A stretch of DNA of 62,977 nucleotides, filler included, from Thraustochytrium aureum (GCA_012862495.1; 7 parts of 4 records of this genome joined end to end with filler, not necessarily neighbours in it), one strand, 5' to 3'. Shown: positions 1 through 12,140, counted from the whole stretch's first letter. Notes: a model not told the origin generated them from the letters alone. A program made the numbers and translations.

Positions 1-96
1 GGTTTTGGTTTGGTTGGGTTTGGTTTGGTTGGTGGGTTGCCGCGGTCCGCGCGCGCCGGTTTGGGGATTGCGCGCATTTTTCGGTGCCGGTGAGCC

Positions 97-3000
97 ATGG
101 CCGACGCGGCGGTCGTCGCGGAGCTGGAGAGCAAGAGCCCGGCGCACCAGAGGCTGAATGTGCTTGGAAGCCTTGTGCCCCGCGCGCGTGATACGGTACC
201 ATCTGAAGAAGAAGGGCGAGTCGAAGCTGATTCCGTTTTCGGAGGAGTATGAAGGCGCCGTGCTGTTTGCCGACATCTCCGGGTTTTCGAGCCTGGCCGA
301 GAAGCTCGCCAAAGACCTCAACTGCGCTGCCAACGCGGCGGAAAATCTGTCCTCGTACATTGGCAAGAGCCTCGAGCAGATGGTGCAGGCCGTGTGCTCG
401 AAGGGCGGGGACGTGATCAAGTTTGCAGGGGACGCGATTCTCGCCGTGTTCCCCACGGAAAACTTTGGCAACAGCCTCGAGCAGGCTACCTTGTGCTGCA
501 TCCAGGTCGCCCTCGACCTCCTCAAGCTGGAGCTCAGGGCAGGGGGCGCAGACCTCTCTGTGCACTGCGGCGTGGGCGCCGGCAAAGTGGTGAGCTACCA
601 CGTCGGCGGCCTTCACGATCGGTGGGAGTATGTGATCACTGGCGACCCGGTGGACCAGATCGGTTCGGCAGAGCCCGAGGCCAAAGCAGGCGAGGTGGTG
701 ATCGCCAAGCTGGCCTACGAGCGCGTTGCGGCATGTTGCAAGGGGTACCGGCTGCAGAGCGGCAACTTTCGCGTCGAGTCGCTCAGCAAGCCGCCGGTGA
801 ACCCGGAGCACGAGCTGGTCTTCAATGAGTTTTGCAGCTTGCTGGGCGACAACACCGAGCTGATGCGCATGCAGAGCATTATGCGCAGCTACGTCCCAAG
901 ACCAGTTCTGCAGGCGATCGACTCTGGGCAGAGCCTCTGGTTCTCCGAGCTGCGCCTCTGCTCGACCCTGTTCTGCAAGATCAAGGGCCTCGAGTTCAAG
1001 TCGGCAGCCAACCTGGAGCTTATTCAGCAGGCCGTGATGACCGTTCAGGAGCAGATATACACGTACGAAGGCACGTTGTGCCGCTTCATCGTCGACGACA
1101 AGGGCGCCGGCTTGCTCCTCGCGTTCGGGCTCCCGCCGTTCATGCACGAGAACGACCCGGTGCGGGCCACCAAGTCGGCGCTCGAGATCCACCGGTGCAT
1201 CCGCAAACTGTCGAACGAGAAGAATGAAGAGCTGAGCTGCTCGATCGGCGTGACGAGCGGGCGCGTGTTTTGCGGGACGACGGGGGGCCACATCCGCTGC
1301 GAGTACACCCTGCACGGGACGCTGGTCAATCTCGCGGCGCGCTACATGGTCGCCGCAAAGGACGGCGTGCTCTGCGGCGAGGCCACCTACAAAGAAAGCA
1401 AGCAGTTCATCACCTTCAAGGAGCCGCTGCGCCTCAAGGTCAAGGGGCGCAAGGAGGCGGTGCTCGTGTACCGCCCCGTGGAGGCCAAGGACTTGCAGAG
1501 CTTTGACGCGAACTCCGCAAAGGTGCCCATCGTCGGCCGCAAGTTTGAGTGCGACGTCCTCGACTCGAGCCTGCGCAAGCTCCTCACTCGCAAGGAATGC
1601 AGGGAAGCGATTGTGATGAGCGGCGAGGCAGGGATTGGCAAGTCGCGCCTCATGCAGTACGTCTACAGAAAGGCCCAAAAGTACAAGCTCAACGTGCTGC
1701 TGGGGATCGGCGTGGATACCGAAATGTCCACGCCGCTTTTCGTATTCAAGTCCATCCTGAGCCAGCTCATCCCGATCTATTACAAGCGCGTCATCCGGGT
1801 GCGCTTCCGCGTGTGGCTCCAGCAGCGGCCCAGCCCGAGCGGATCCGCGGCGCCCGCCTCTAAGCTCGGTGTGGACACTGGACTCGGCATCGGCACCGGT
1901 GGTAGCGGACCGCACAGCGCCACCACAGCAGCGAGCGGCAAGAAGGGCGCCAAGTCGAGGGCCGAGAGCTCGAGCCCCGGCCACTCAAACTCTGGCGGTA
2001 GCGAGCGCGGAAGCCCTGGGAGGCCCGGGGAGCCCTGTGAGTCCGGCGAGCCCCGCGGGGTTTTCGACGCCCAACAACGTCCCCAACTCGATCGGGCTCT
2101 CGAAAACGCACAGCAAGCACAACCACGGAAGCGCCGCTGCACCCCAGTCCCCGACCCCAGTTACCACCCACTCGAGCATCGTGGAGCTTGACCTCTTCTC
2201 CGACGACGTCAACGAAGCGGTGTTTCGCGAGCTCGACGAGCTTGTGGAAACCAAAGACAAAGGCAAGATGGACGAGAGCTCCGAGCAGCTGTTGCGATAC
2301 ATGGGGTTCACAGACGCCCCCATAGAGGACGTCTCTACGCAGCAATCCTACGACCCGCCCCTTTTCGAGCGTCTGCCGGCCCACCTCAAACAGGCCATCC
2401 TGATGGAGATGATCCCCACAGACAAGGGCAACTTGAAGGAGATGTACCCGCTCCTCGCCGGGGTGATCCCCAAGCTTGTCGACGTCAAGGACAATGAGAC
2501 GACAGCGAATATGAAGAAGGAGCTTCGCGCCGAGAACCTGATGCTGCTCATCAAGCACATCTTTGCGTTTTGCGTGCAAGCGCTCGAAATGATCCGCGAC
2601 TATCACTCCAAGGTCCAAAAGACGCAAAAGCAGATGAGCAAGGCCATGTCAAAGCTCGGGATCGACGAGCAGGTGCCGCCAAGCAAGGCGAAGAACGTGT
2701 CCGTGAGCAGCGCCGCGGTCGCCTCTGGCGTAATTTCGCTCAAGGACGCGGGCAGTGCCGCGCACGATTCCGTAGGCCTCCATGCAAGCAACAGCGATGG
2801 GTCTATAGGCCCGCCCACAAACTCGGCGAGCAGCGCCATGGGTCGGTTTCCGTCTCGGAGCGGGGACAGTTCGAGCATGCACACGGGTGGGGCATCTCGA
2901 TCGGTGCTCGACCAGGTCAACGAGAGCACAGTTTCAACCGAGGTGGGCAACTTGGACACACGCGTGCCCCTGAAGCACCAACCGAGCTATCAAATGCGCG

Positions 3001-4924
3001 TCAGGGGCCAGCATATTGGAGGCGGCGGGGACTCGTCGCTTGCGGAGCGGCCGGTGATCCTGATCGACGACCTGCAGTGGATCGACCCGAGCTCTGTCCG
3101 GCTGCTGGAGCAGATTGCGCGCGAGGTGGACCCGCTTGTGCTCATCATGTCGACGCGAAGCCAGACCCAGGTCAAGCTGGACGTGGAGAACGTGCAGCAC
3201 CTTCGCCTGGACAACCTGNNNNNNNNNNNNNNNNNNNNNNNNNNNNNNNNNNNNNNNNNNNNNNNNNNNNNNNNNNNNNNNNNNNNNNNNNNNNNNNNNN
3301 NNNNNNNNNNNNNNNNNNNNNNNNNNNNNNNNNNNNNNNNNNNNNNNNNNNNNNNNNNNNNNNNNNNNNNNNNNNNNNNNNNNNNNNNNNNNNNNNNNNN
3401 NNNNNNNNNNNNNNNNNNNNNNNNNNNNNNNNNNNNNNNNNNNNNNNNNNNNNNNNNNNNNNNNNNNNNNNNNNNNNNNNNNNNNNNNNNNNNNNNNNNN
3501 NNNNNNNNNNNNNNNNNNNNNTGAGCCGCGAGGAAGTCCGCGAGGGGATGTGCATGTGGCTCGCTGTGAAGGAGATCCCTGACAAGGCCCTGAGCGCCGT
3601 GATGGAGAAGTCCGGGGGCCATCCGCTGTTTGCAGCCGAGCTTGCCAAGCTGATGGTGACCGAGGACATGATCGTGATTGAGGGCAACACGTGCAAGCTG
3701 TCCAAGAAGGCCCAGGAGGGCAACTTTGGGCTCCCAGACACCATCTCGGCGCTGATGACGAGCAAGCTTGACCGGCTTCCGCCGTCCCAGCAGCTGGCTC
3801 TCAAGGTGGCGGCGGTGATAGGGACCGAGTTTCAAAAGCACGAGCTGATCGCGCTGATGCCGCGAACGGACAACGAGGAGGAGGGCGACGAGGAGCACAA
3901 GGGGCTTAGCGACGACATTTCGAGCCTGGTCCAGGCCGGCCTGCTGAGCCGAGACCCCAACATGATGTACCACTACCGATTCACAAACGCGCTCTTGCGC
4001 GAAAGTGCGTACAACCTGCTGCTCTTCCAGAAGCGCAAGGACCTGCACCGCAAGCTCGCCGAGTTTCACGAGGATCGCAACAAAGAGTACCTGGAGCCCG
4101 TCTACTTTTTGCTCGCGACCAACTACTACCTGGCCGAGGTGAACGACAAGGCGGTGTATTACTCGGAGATGGCCGGCAACGACGCGCTCGACGTGCACGG
4201 GATGCAGCAGGTCCTCATCTGCTTTTCGCGCCTGCTCGAACTGGACAGCAGAGACCCCGAGGTGACGCAGCACATCCCCCTCACGCGCAAGGTTGGCTGG
4301 AACCGCAAGGTGGGCGAGGCCCTGCTGCACCTCGGCAAGCCCTACGACGCCGAGGAGTACCTGCTCGCCGCCCTTGAGCACGTCGAGCTCCGGCGCCCGC
4401 TCTTGACGATGGAGCCGACCGGCTGTCTCTCTGCGGTCTTCCACAAGAAGCGCAAGCTGTTTCTCGTCAAGAACATGCCAGCTTTCGAGGAGATGGTGCG
4501 GAACAAGGACGCTGAGCTCATGCTGGAGGCCGCCAACGCGTTCGAGCTCTTGGGCAAAATAAACAACGACCGCGGCTCGGCCGAGGCGCTAGAGTACCGC
4601 CTGAATGCCTTGGACCTCGCGCGCGCTGCGGACCATCGGGTGCGCGAAATGCAGGCCAAAGCGTCCGACGACAACGAGGGCCTCGGCGACGAGGACATTT
4701 TTGGCGGGTTTGGGGCGCCTTCGCCCACGCACGGGGGCGGGGGCTCGACGGCGGCCGGCGATGCAGCGCAGCCCCTCTCGGACGAGGACTGCTCCAAGGT
4801 CGCCCTGGTGGAGCTTGCGGCAGCGGAGCTCGCCCGCAGCTACGCCTACGCCGCGGTGTTTTACGTGTGCATCGGCTCGCAGGGCGACGAGGAGATTGCT
4901 CGGGACCACATCAAGACGGCGTCG
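97..4924 (+). CDS. Soluble adenylyl cyclase (ADCY10/sAC)-like protein: two class III cyclase domains + STAND NTPase + helical/TPR-like C-terminus; 3' end truncated at contig end
   Basis: ATG at 97 (MADAAVVAELE) joins ORF 158 after a 1-nt shift at a C-run (~180). C1 motifs LFADISGFS and KFAGDAILAVF; C2 motifs RFIVDDKG, GLPPFMHENDPVRA, VNLAARYM; Walker A GEAGIGKS; Walker B ILIDDLQWID in ORF 1869 (second shift at ~2000-2050). After gap 3219-3521: KSGGHPLFA, LPDTISALMTSKLDRL, LKVAAVIG, YRFTNALLRESAYNLL. Confidence 0.9.
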
Positions 4925-5024
4925 NNNNNNNNNNNNNNNNNNNNNNNNNNNNNNNNNNNNNNNNNNNNTTAATTAATTAANNNNNNNNNNNNNNNNNNNN
5001 NNNNNNNNNNNNNNNNNNNNNNNN
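4925..5024. other. Artificial contig linker (N44-TTAATTAATTAA-N44)
   Basis: TTAATTAATTAA (stops in all six frames) centred in a ~100-nt N block. The same linker recurs at ~6497-6595, 11403-11502, 40327-40427, 50314-50413 and 52884-52983. Confidence 0.97.
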
Positions 5025-5279
5025 CTCCAAAGCGAGGCCGCCGCGCGCCATCAACGCCTCAACCTGATCGAGGACTTGCTCAACAACACTGTTCTTCGCC
5101 GGGCAGAAACCTAACCCGACGGTTAAGGTTGTCGTCGTTTTCGGCGGCGCGACTTGCACGAGCTCAACTTCAACTTCAACTTGGAGTGATCATGAGAAAG
5201 GGAGGGAGCTTCAGCCGTACGAAGGGGAAAGAGCGCGTTTGACGCGAGAAGCTGCGGCGCCGGGCCTGCACCGACTTTC

Positions 5280-5539
5280 GAAAGCGTGCGTAGTCGGCGT
5301 CGAGTTGGTCTCGACCGCCTTGCCGAGCGCAGAAGCCCCGGCATCGGAGATTTCGTTGCCAATCGGGAGCGACCCAAAACTGTTGTTGTTGGCGGTGGAC
5401 GCAAGAGCTTGAGTTTGTTAGGTTGCTCTTTGGTTTTGCAGCTCGTTGACCGAGTCAGCCAGCGAAAAACTCACTCAACCTCCTTCTCACCGTGCTTGAT
5501 CGCGGCCAGCGCCTCGTCCAAATTCCGCACCCCGACCAT
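5280..5539 (-). pseudogene. RI/NLRC3-type leucine-rich-repeat gene, spliced, probably pseudogenised paralog
   Basis: Exon 1 5539-5475 MVGVRNLDEALAAIKHGEKEV; GTGAGT...CAG intron 5474-5380; exon 2 DFGSLPIGNEISDAGASALGKAVETNSTPTT. The next donor reads GAAAGT instead of GTAAGT (5279) and is preceded by a 4-nt ACGC duplication. Homologous to 11571-12004. Confidence 0.75.
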
Positions 5540-6624
5540 CCTGCCAATCGCGCCGACCTCCTCAGCCGTGGCCCTTCAGCGCCGCCTTCCAGCCGCGGCC
5601 CGGTCGTCGTCCGCCGCTCGCGGACTGGTTGTGTGACTGCTCCATCGCCGAGGGAGGTGTGCGCTTGATTGAGGTTCAAGTTGGCTGTCATCATTCAGGC
5701 TCTTGAGCAACCTTGAACACCGTCAGAAACACAATAGTGTGCGCGCACCACCGTGACCTCACCAAATCGAAGCAGAAGCGTCAGCATCGACCTTTTCAGA
5801 GGCAGCTCCACAGGCTTTTGATTGAATGAATAGCGTACTCTGCCAGTCCGGAGGAAATGGGACCATTTATGGTTTGGAAGGTGAATTGTGCTTGTGCCAA
5901 GGTTGTGAAGTCGATTCCGCTGTTTTAGACTCGCACGTGCATCGCCCGGAAGCATCCGGAGCGTTGGCTGATGCCGGTCCTTCGATACTGAGGCCGCTCC
6001 AGTCGACCCCGTGCAGCTGGCGCGAGTCCGCGCCGCAACTTGGCAATTTCCACTGCGTCGCCGACATGACAAATGTTCCGAAGACAGGTTGAAGCGAGCC
6101 TCGCTGGCGTGGGTGGTTTCCGGCCCCGCGACGCAGCGTTTGCGACCAACGCAACTAATTACCTATGCCGAGAAGCTGCTCACTCGCTTCTTCCCAACTC
6201 GCTGGGCTTCGCGCTGATCATGATGAGCTGGTCACTGACCGAGTCGAGGAACGAACAGGAGGAGCGCGTCAAGAGCGCAGAGTCCCGCACGTCACTCAGC
6301 GCATGCATCGGAATCAGCAAGGCTCGCCACTCTTACTACCAATAGACCTCGAGAGCTCCTTGCCGCCGGCGCGTTGTGCTGGTCCTCCTTGGTTATGATG
6401 TGTGCCGCTGAACAGCGAGCGCGTCCCCACCGATCGATCCTGGGCACGGCGGCGCCGAACTCGCCCGATGTCATCGCACAAGTGGCAGCGGCTCTNNNNN
6501 NNNNNNNNNNNNNNNNNNNNNNNNNNNNNNNNNNNNNNNTTAATTAATTAANNNNNNNNNNNNNNNNNNNNNNNNNNNNNNNNNNNNNNNNNNNNAGGAT
6601 TACAGCAAGACGACAAGACAACGT

Positions 6625-6760
6625 TCCGCCCGCTCCCGCCCGCTCCCGCCCGCTCCGCCCGCTCCGCCCGCTCCGCCCGCTCCCGCCCGCTCCGCCCGTT
6701 TCCGCCCGCTCCGCCCGTTTCCGCCGCTCCACCCGTCTCTCCCGCTCCGCCACCCGCCCA
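6625..6760 (+). repeat. (CCGCCCGCT)n-type low-complexity tandem repeat in the retrotransposon 5' leader
   Basis: Repeated ccgcccgct/cccgct units directly upstream of the gag ATG at 6764. Confidence 0.85.
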
Positions 6761-6763
6761 AAA

Positions 6764-9700
6764 ATGCCCTCCTTCATCGTTTCCAAGGATGCCCAGACCG
6801 TCCGTCACGACGTTAACGGAACCAGCAGCACCAACCCCACCGACAGGCTGCACTCGGTCACCGTCACCATGACGATGTACAACACGATGAACACCGAGGC
6901 CCAGAACATCGGCAAGACCATCACCTTCACTGGCGACCGAAATCTGCTCACGTTCCTCCGCAACGTGAAGCTCGCGATGCGTCGGACCCTGCGATTCACG
7001 GGCGTTACGTACGAGGACCTCGATCGCATTCTCGGCAACGACGGGACCATCCCGACCCAGGCCAGCCCCCCGCCTTGCCCGCCCCTGCTCATCGACATCC
7101 TGGAGACCATCCTCAACAACGTCTCGCACATCTCCGAGATCGAAAAGCAAAAGTACAACGACCACATCAACCCGCCCGGGAAGTTCAGCGACGCCCTGAC
7201 CTGTCTCTACGCGCTGGCCGACGGCTGCCGCCTCGCCGCCATCTCCGGCAGACAGGACGACCTCTCCGCCCTCCGCAAGCTGAAGCTCACGCGCAGCATC
7301 TCGCCGACGGAGTACACGTCCAAGTGGATGAACTTGGCTCTCCGCTCGTACCCGGACCTGCGCAGCAAACCCGGCACGCAAGAAGAACTTGTGCGGCTCT
7401 TCTTCGACAGCATCGAAGCCGCCGTTGGCCTCCAGACCGCCAACACCTTCGACGCCATGCACCTCGGCAGAACAACCCCTCCGACCCTCGAGATGGCCAT
7501 CCGCCATTTCGAAACGCTCAACCGACAACCCGCGCTTCCTCCGAACGCCGCGAACGACACCCCGCGTGTCTACTACGGGGACCACCACGCCGCTCCCTCG
7601 AGTCGCCCGCCGGTCCAAGAGGCTGCCTTTTTCGCCCGCAGCCCGCATGGCGGCCCAGGCAAGTCTCGGGCGCCACTCATCTGCTGGCAGTGCGGCGAAC
7701 CTGGGCACCGAACCACGCACTGCACCGCGGTGATCTCCGATTGCAGTATCTGCAAGAAGCCCGGCCACCTCGCCAAGGCCCACGCCATGCAACCGGACCG
7801 GGACCGCGTGCGCCAACTCATGAAAGAAAGGCGCGCGGGGAAACCCAGCTTTGGCGGAGGACATCGCGACGATCGAGTCAATCTTGCCGACAGCGATGAC
7901 GTCGGCTTTGCCCGCTCCAGGAACCCTGGATACGCCTTTTCCAGGGGCATCGATATCGACCAAGAACAGCACTCGATAGGGATGGCTTTCGACTGCGACC
8001 CAGCCACCTGCTGGCAAGCCGACACCAGCATCAACATCGGTACCTTGGTCAGCATGCCGCCGAACCGCCCGTTTCTCATTGACTCAGGTGCCACGACCCA
8101 CGTCACGGGCAGCTTTGACGCCCTTTTCGACACCCAACACATAGGCCGGCGACCCATCCACGGCCTCGGCGGCACGGAACTAGGTGCGACCCATCGCGGG
8201 AAGCTCAACGTCACGCTGCGAACGACGAATGGAACCACGCGCACCATTCTCCTGACCGGCGTGCTCTATGTCCGCGACCAGAAGGATACGCTCCTCTCCG
8301 CCGGCCGACTACACACCGACCTCGGCATCGAGTTCCACATCGAGGACCACCCGACCTTGCGCTTCAAGGATGACAACACGCGCGTCAAGCTCGTGCGGCA
8401 TGGACACCTGTTCGCCCCGGAGTCGCCGCTGCCTCCGCCCGAGTCGGAGACTGCTTTCCTCGCCAGAAGCGCGTCCGGCTCCGTCAATTTTCACGCGATT
8501 CTGGGGCACATCAGCCAATCCTCACTGATGGCCACGGCCAAGCATGACGACTTCCTCGCCAAGCATCTCGACGCCGAGGCCAGCCGCGTTCACACGCTAA
8601 CATGCACCGTCTGCCCGCTGACCAAGCTCACGACTCGGCCGGTCTCCCGTGGGCCCGCCAATTGGGCAGCGTCTACCCCGCTCGAGACAGTCTCCATGGA
8701 CCTCATCGGCCCCCTTCCGAACGGGCGTGGCCAGGCACAATACGCGGCCCACTTCCTCGACCTCCACACCAAGTACGGCTTCATCTACGCGATTCGCGCC
8801 AAGAGCGACACCGGTCTCGCGCTCAAACTCTTCCTTCAGGACGTGCAAGGAGAAAACCACGCGCTCACGATCCCGCGACAGATGGTCACCGACAACGCCC
8901 CCGAACTCGTCGGCGCCAACTCTGTCTTCGCAGTCACCCTCCGGGACTTCCAGATCTCCCACATCACCGTCGCCCCGTACTCGTCCTTCCACAACCCAGT
9001 CGAACGCCAACATCGGACCGTGGAGGCGATGGCCCGTGCCATGCTCAGCTCGAGCGGCCTCCGCCCCTATTTCTGGCCGCTTGCGTTCAAGTACGCCCGG
9101 CTTGTCCTCAACCACATCACGGGTGACCCTGCTCGGCCGCCCCCGGCGCATCTATGGTCCGCAGAACCACGCCGCATCTCGTCGCTTCACCCCTTCGGCT
9201 GCCGCATCTTCACGCAGGCACACGGGCCCGGCCAGAAGCACCTGCGCAACCGTGGCGAGCCTGGCATTTTTGTGGGCTTCCACGGCAAAGCCACCCTCGT
9301 CCACCTCGAACGAAACGGCCAGCTCGTCGAGACGCGCACGTGCCTCCCCATGCGCAATGTCTTCCCGGCGCTCGTTGCACGCGAACGAGAAGGAGACCGT
9401 ACCATCAGCCTCCCGTTCGACCACGAATACCAGGCCTCTCGCACGTCAGCCACTCCGCTCCTAGACGGTCTCGGCGAGGGCGCCNNNNNNNNNNNNNNNN
9501 NNNNNNNNNNNNNNNNNNNNNNNNNNNNNNNNNNNNNNNNNNNNNNNNNNNNNNNNNNNNNNNNNNNNNNNNNNNNNNNNNNNNNNNNNNNNNNNNNNNN
9601 NNNNNNNNNNNNNNNNNNNNNNNNNNNNNNNNNNNNNNNNNNNNNNNNNNNNNNNNNNNNNNNNNNNNNNNNNNNNNNNNNNNNNNNNNNNNNNNNNNNN

Positions 9701-11358
9701 NNNNNNNNNNNNNNNNNNNNNNNNNNNNNNNNNNNNNNNNNNNNNNNNNNNNNNNNNNNNNNNNTCTGCCAACTGCTCTACAAAACCCAAAGTCAACCCT
9801 CGCGGCTCGCGACTTCGGCCCCCTTCTAGAACAGTACGTCGAGCCGGCCACCTACGACCAAGCCGTCTCGCACCCCGTTTTCGGCCCATATTGGCTCCAA
9901 GCCATCAACGAAGAAATCGCGTCGCTCGCTCAGCACACCATCGAATGGACCGAAACGCCGACCGCCCGCCGACCGATGTCGGCCAAGTGGGTGTTCAAGC
10001 TCAAGCGAACCGAATCCCCGGTACGCTTCCGAGCCCGCCTCGTCGTTCGCGGCTTCGAGCAGCGACAACTCCCGATCAACGAGCTTTATGCGCCGACAGT
10101 CCCGTCCGCAATCATCAAGCTCATGCTCAGCGTGGCCATGGCAGTACCAGGAGCGGTAGTCACCGTCGCAGACATCGCGAGCGCCTATCTTCTCGCCGAT
10201 CTCCCCGACCACGAGTTCATGAAACCGTTCCAAGGTTTGGCAGCCCCGCCAAAGCCAGGAATGGTCCTTCGCCTCAAGCGCTCTCTGTACGGTCTGCGCA
10301 ACGCCGGGTGTTTGTTCAACAAACACCTGACCAAGGAGCTGGGCCGGCGAGGCATCGAGCCAAGCCGAAACGAGAACGCGCTGTTCATCAACAAGGACAG
10401 GAGCATCCTCGTCGTGTCACACGTTGACGACCTCCTCATCGTAGCCACGAAGGAGAAAACCGACAAGCTGATTCGCGATCTGCGCGAGTCCCTCGAGCTG
10501 AAAAGCAAGACCCTTGAGCCAGGCGGTCATGTGGACTACCTCGGATGCAAGATCTCCCTCAGCAGCAAAGGGACCCCGACCATAACGCTCTCCCAGAAGG
10601 ACTACATCCAGAAGAGTGTTGCCAGCCTGGGCATCACCGGCACAGCAAACACCCCGCTCCCGTCAAGCACAATGCTATCGACACCCAAGGTGCCGAAGAC
10701 CGACAACAGCTACCGCCGGATGATCGGCAAGCTCATGTTTGCGTCAACCAATACCCGCCCGGATATTGCGTTCCAGACGTCGCACCTGTCCCGCTTCCTC
10801 TCGGTCCACGACCAACAACACGTTCGCGCAGCCCGGCAGGTCCTCCGGTACCTCGGTGCGACCAGCGAGAACTCGCTCAAGTACCAAGACGGCTCGCTCA
10901 CCCTCGTCGCCGTCTGCGACGCCAGCTTTGCGGCAAACGCCGGCGACCGCCGATCAATCTCGGGGTTCTGTATCTACTTGGGCCAAAACATCATCTACTG
11001 GCACTCAAAGGTTCAGACTGTCACGGCCGACTCTTCTTTTGAGGCCGAGTACGTCGCGCTCTCCGCCTGCACAAAGGCAGTCATCCGCTTCCGCCACGTC
11101 CTCCACGAGCTCGGATTCTCACAACCTCCGACGACGATTTTCACGGACAGCACGAGCGTGATGCACGACCTAACTCGGCCCACGATCTCTCAGAGGGCCA
11201 AGTGGATCGATACGAAGATGCATCGCGTCCGCGAAGAAGTGCAGCGTGGTACCATCTCCGTTCAGTACGTCCACACCAGCCACAACGTCGCGGATGCGCT
11301 CACCAAGCAATTGCCCGTTCGAGAGTTTTCGACGCATGCTCGGCGCTTCTTCCTCTGA
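6764..11358 (+). CDS. Copia Gag-Pol polyprotein (interrupted by N gap 9485-9763)
   Basis: Zn knuckles CWQCGEPGHRTTHC and CSICKKPGHLAKAH; protease FLIDSGATTHV; HHCC (HAILGH..CTVC); integrase MDLIGP/TDNAPEL/NPVERQHRT; RT KWVFKLK, ADIASAYL, LKRSLYGLRNAG, SHVDDLL; RNase H CDASFA, SSFEAEY, NVADALTK. Confidence 0.95.
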
Positions 11359-11570
11359 GCATACGCGCTCGGACGGTTTCGAATCACCGCGCAAGCGTCG
11401 AGNNNNNNNNNNNNNNNNNNNNNNNNNNNNNNNNNNNNNNNNNNNNTTAATTAATTAANNNNNNNNNNNNNNNNNNNNNNNNNNNNNNNNNNNNNNNNNN
11501 NNTGGAGCGAGCGCGATCTACACGCCACGCCGCAGCGCCATGCTCTGGCGCCATCCCTGCGAAGACTTAC

Positions 11571-12004
11571 GAGAGCGTTGTCAGCGTCGAATGGGCTCTG
11601 AGTGCCTTGCCGAGCGCAGCAGCCCCTGCATCGGAGATTTGGTTGGAACCAAGGCTGTTGATGTTGGTGTTGATGGATGGATGGGTAGATCAATGACGGC
11701 GGCGCGTTGTTTCGTTAGCGAGCGAACGAGCGCGTTCGACACGCCGCGCTGCGGCGCCGTCCTTCAACGACTTACTCAAGCGTAGTTACGGTCTTTTTGC
11801 CTTGCAGGGCCTTTGCCAGCTTTTCGGCGTCCGCGTCAACGATTCTTCTGTGGCTGAGACTGTGTGATGCAGTTGGATGTGAGCTTGTTCGCCGACAGCT
11901 CAGCGCCGCAGCAGGCAGAGCGCCTCGCCAGCAACTCACTCGATTACTGCCTCGCCGCGTTTGATCGCAGCCAGCGCCTCGTCCACATTCGGTACCAGGA
12001 CCAT
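11571..12004 (-). CDS. RI/NLRC3-type LRR protein, 5' part (3 exons), truncated at contig end
   Basis: Exon 1 12004-11940 MVLVPNVDEALAAIKRGEAVI; exon 2 11859-11776 (84 nt) DLSHRRIVDADAEKLAKALQGKKTVTTL; exon 3 11654-11571 (84 nt) DLGSNQISDAGAAALGKALRAHSTLTTL. The two complete introns are GT..CAG, a third GTAAGT donor follows exon 3, and all are phase 2. Confidence 0.85.
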
Positions 12005-12140
12005 CCTGCCGGTCGCCACGCGGGGTCCCTCCCGCGCAGCGTCCTGCCGCCCGCCCGCCCGCTGCGCTGCTCGTTCGTGTCTGCCGGTGCGTTGCGCTGC
12101 TCGCTTGTTCAATTGAAGAGGGGTGTGCGCGACACGTCCC

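Larger units (their letters stand above)
6596..11402 (+). mobile_element. Ty1/copia LTR retrotransposon, internal region (LTRs not assembled)
   Basis: Domain order gag-PR-IN-RT-RH is diagnostic of copia. The element fills the whole contig between two linkers. Confidence 0.95.

Noticed and set aside
1..40. GGTTT-rich tract as a telomere
   Set aside because: Irregular and ~60 bp upstream of a start codon; a similar tract precedes XRN2 on the minus strand (~56070-56110).
4969..4980. Recurring TTAATTAATTAA motif
   Set aside because: Always centred in ~100-nt N blocks; an assembly linker, not biology.
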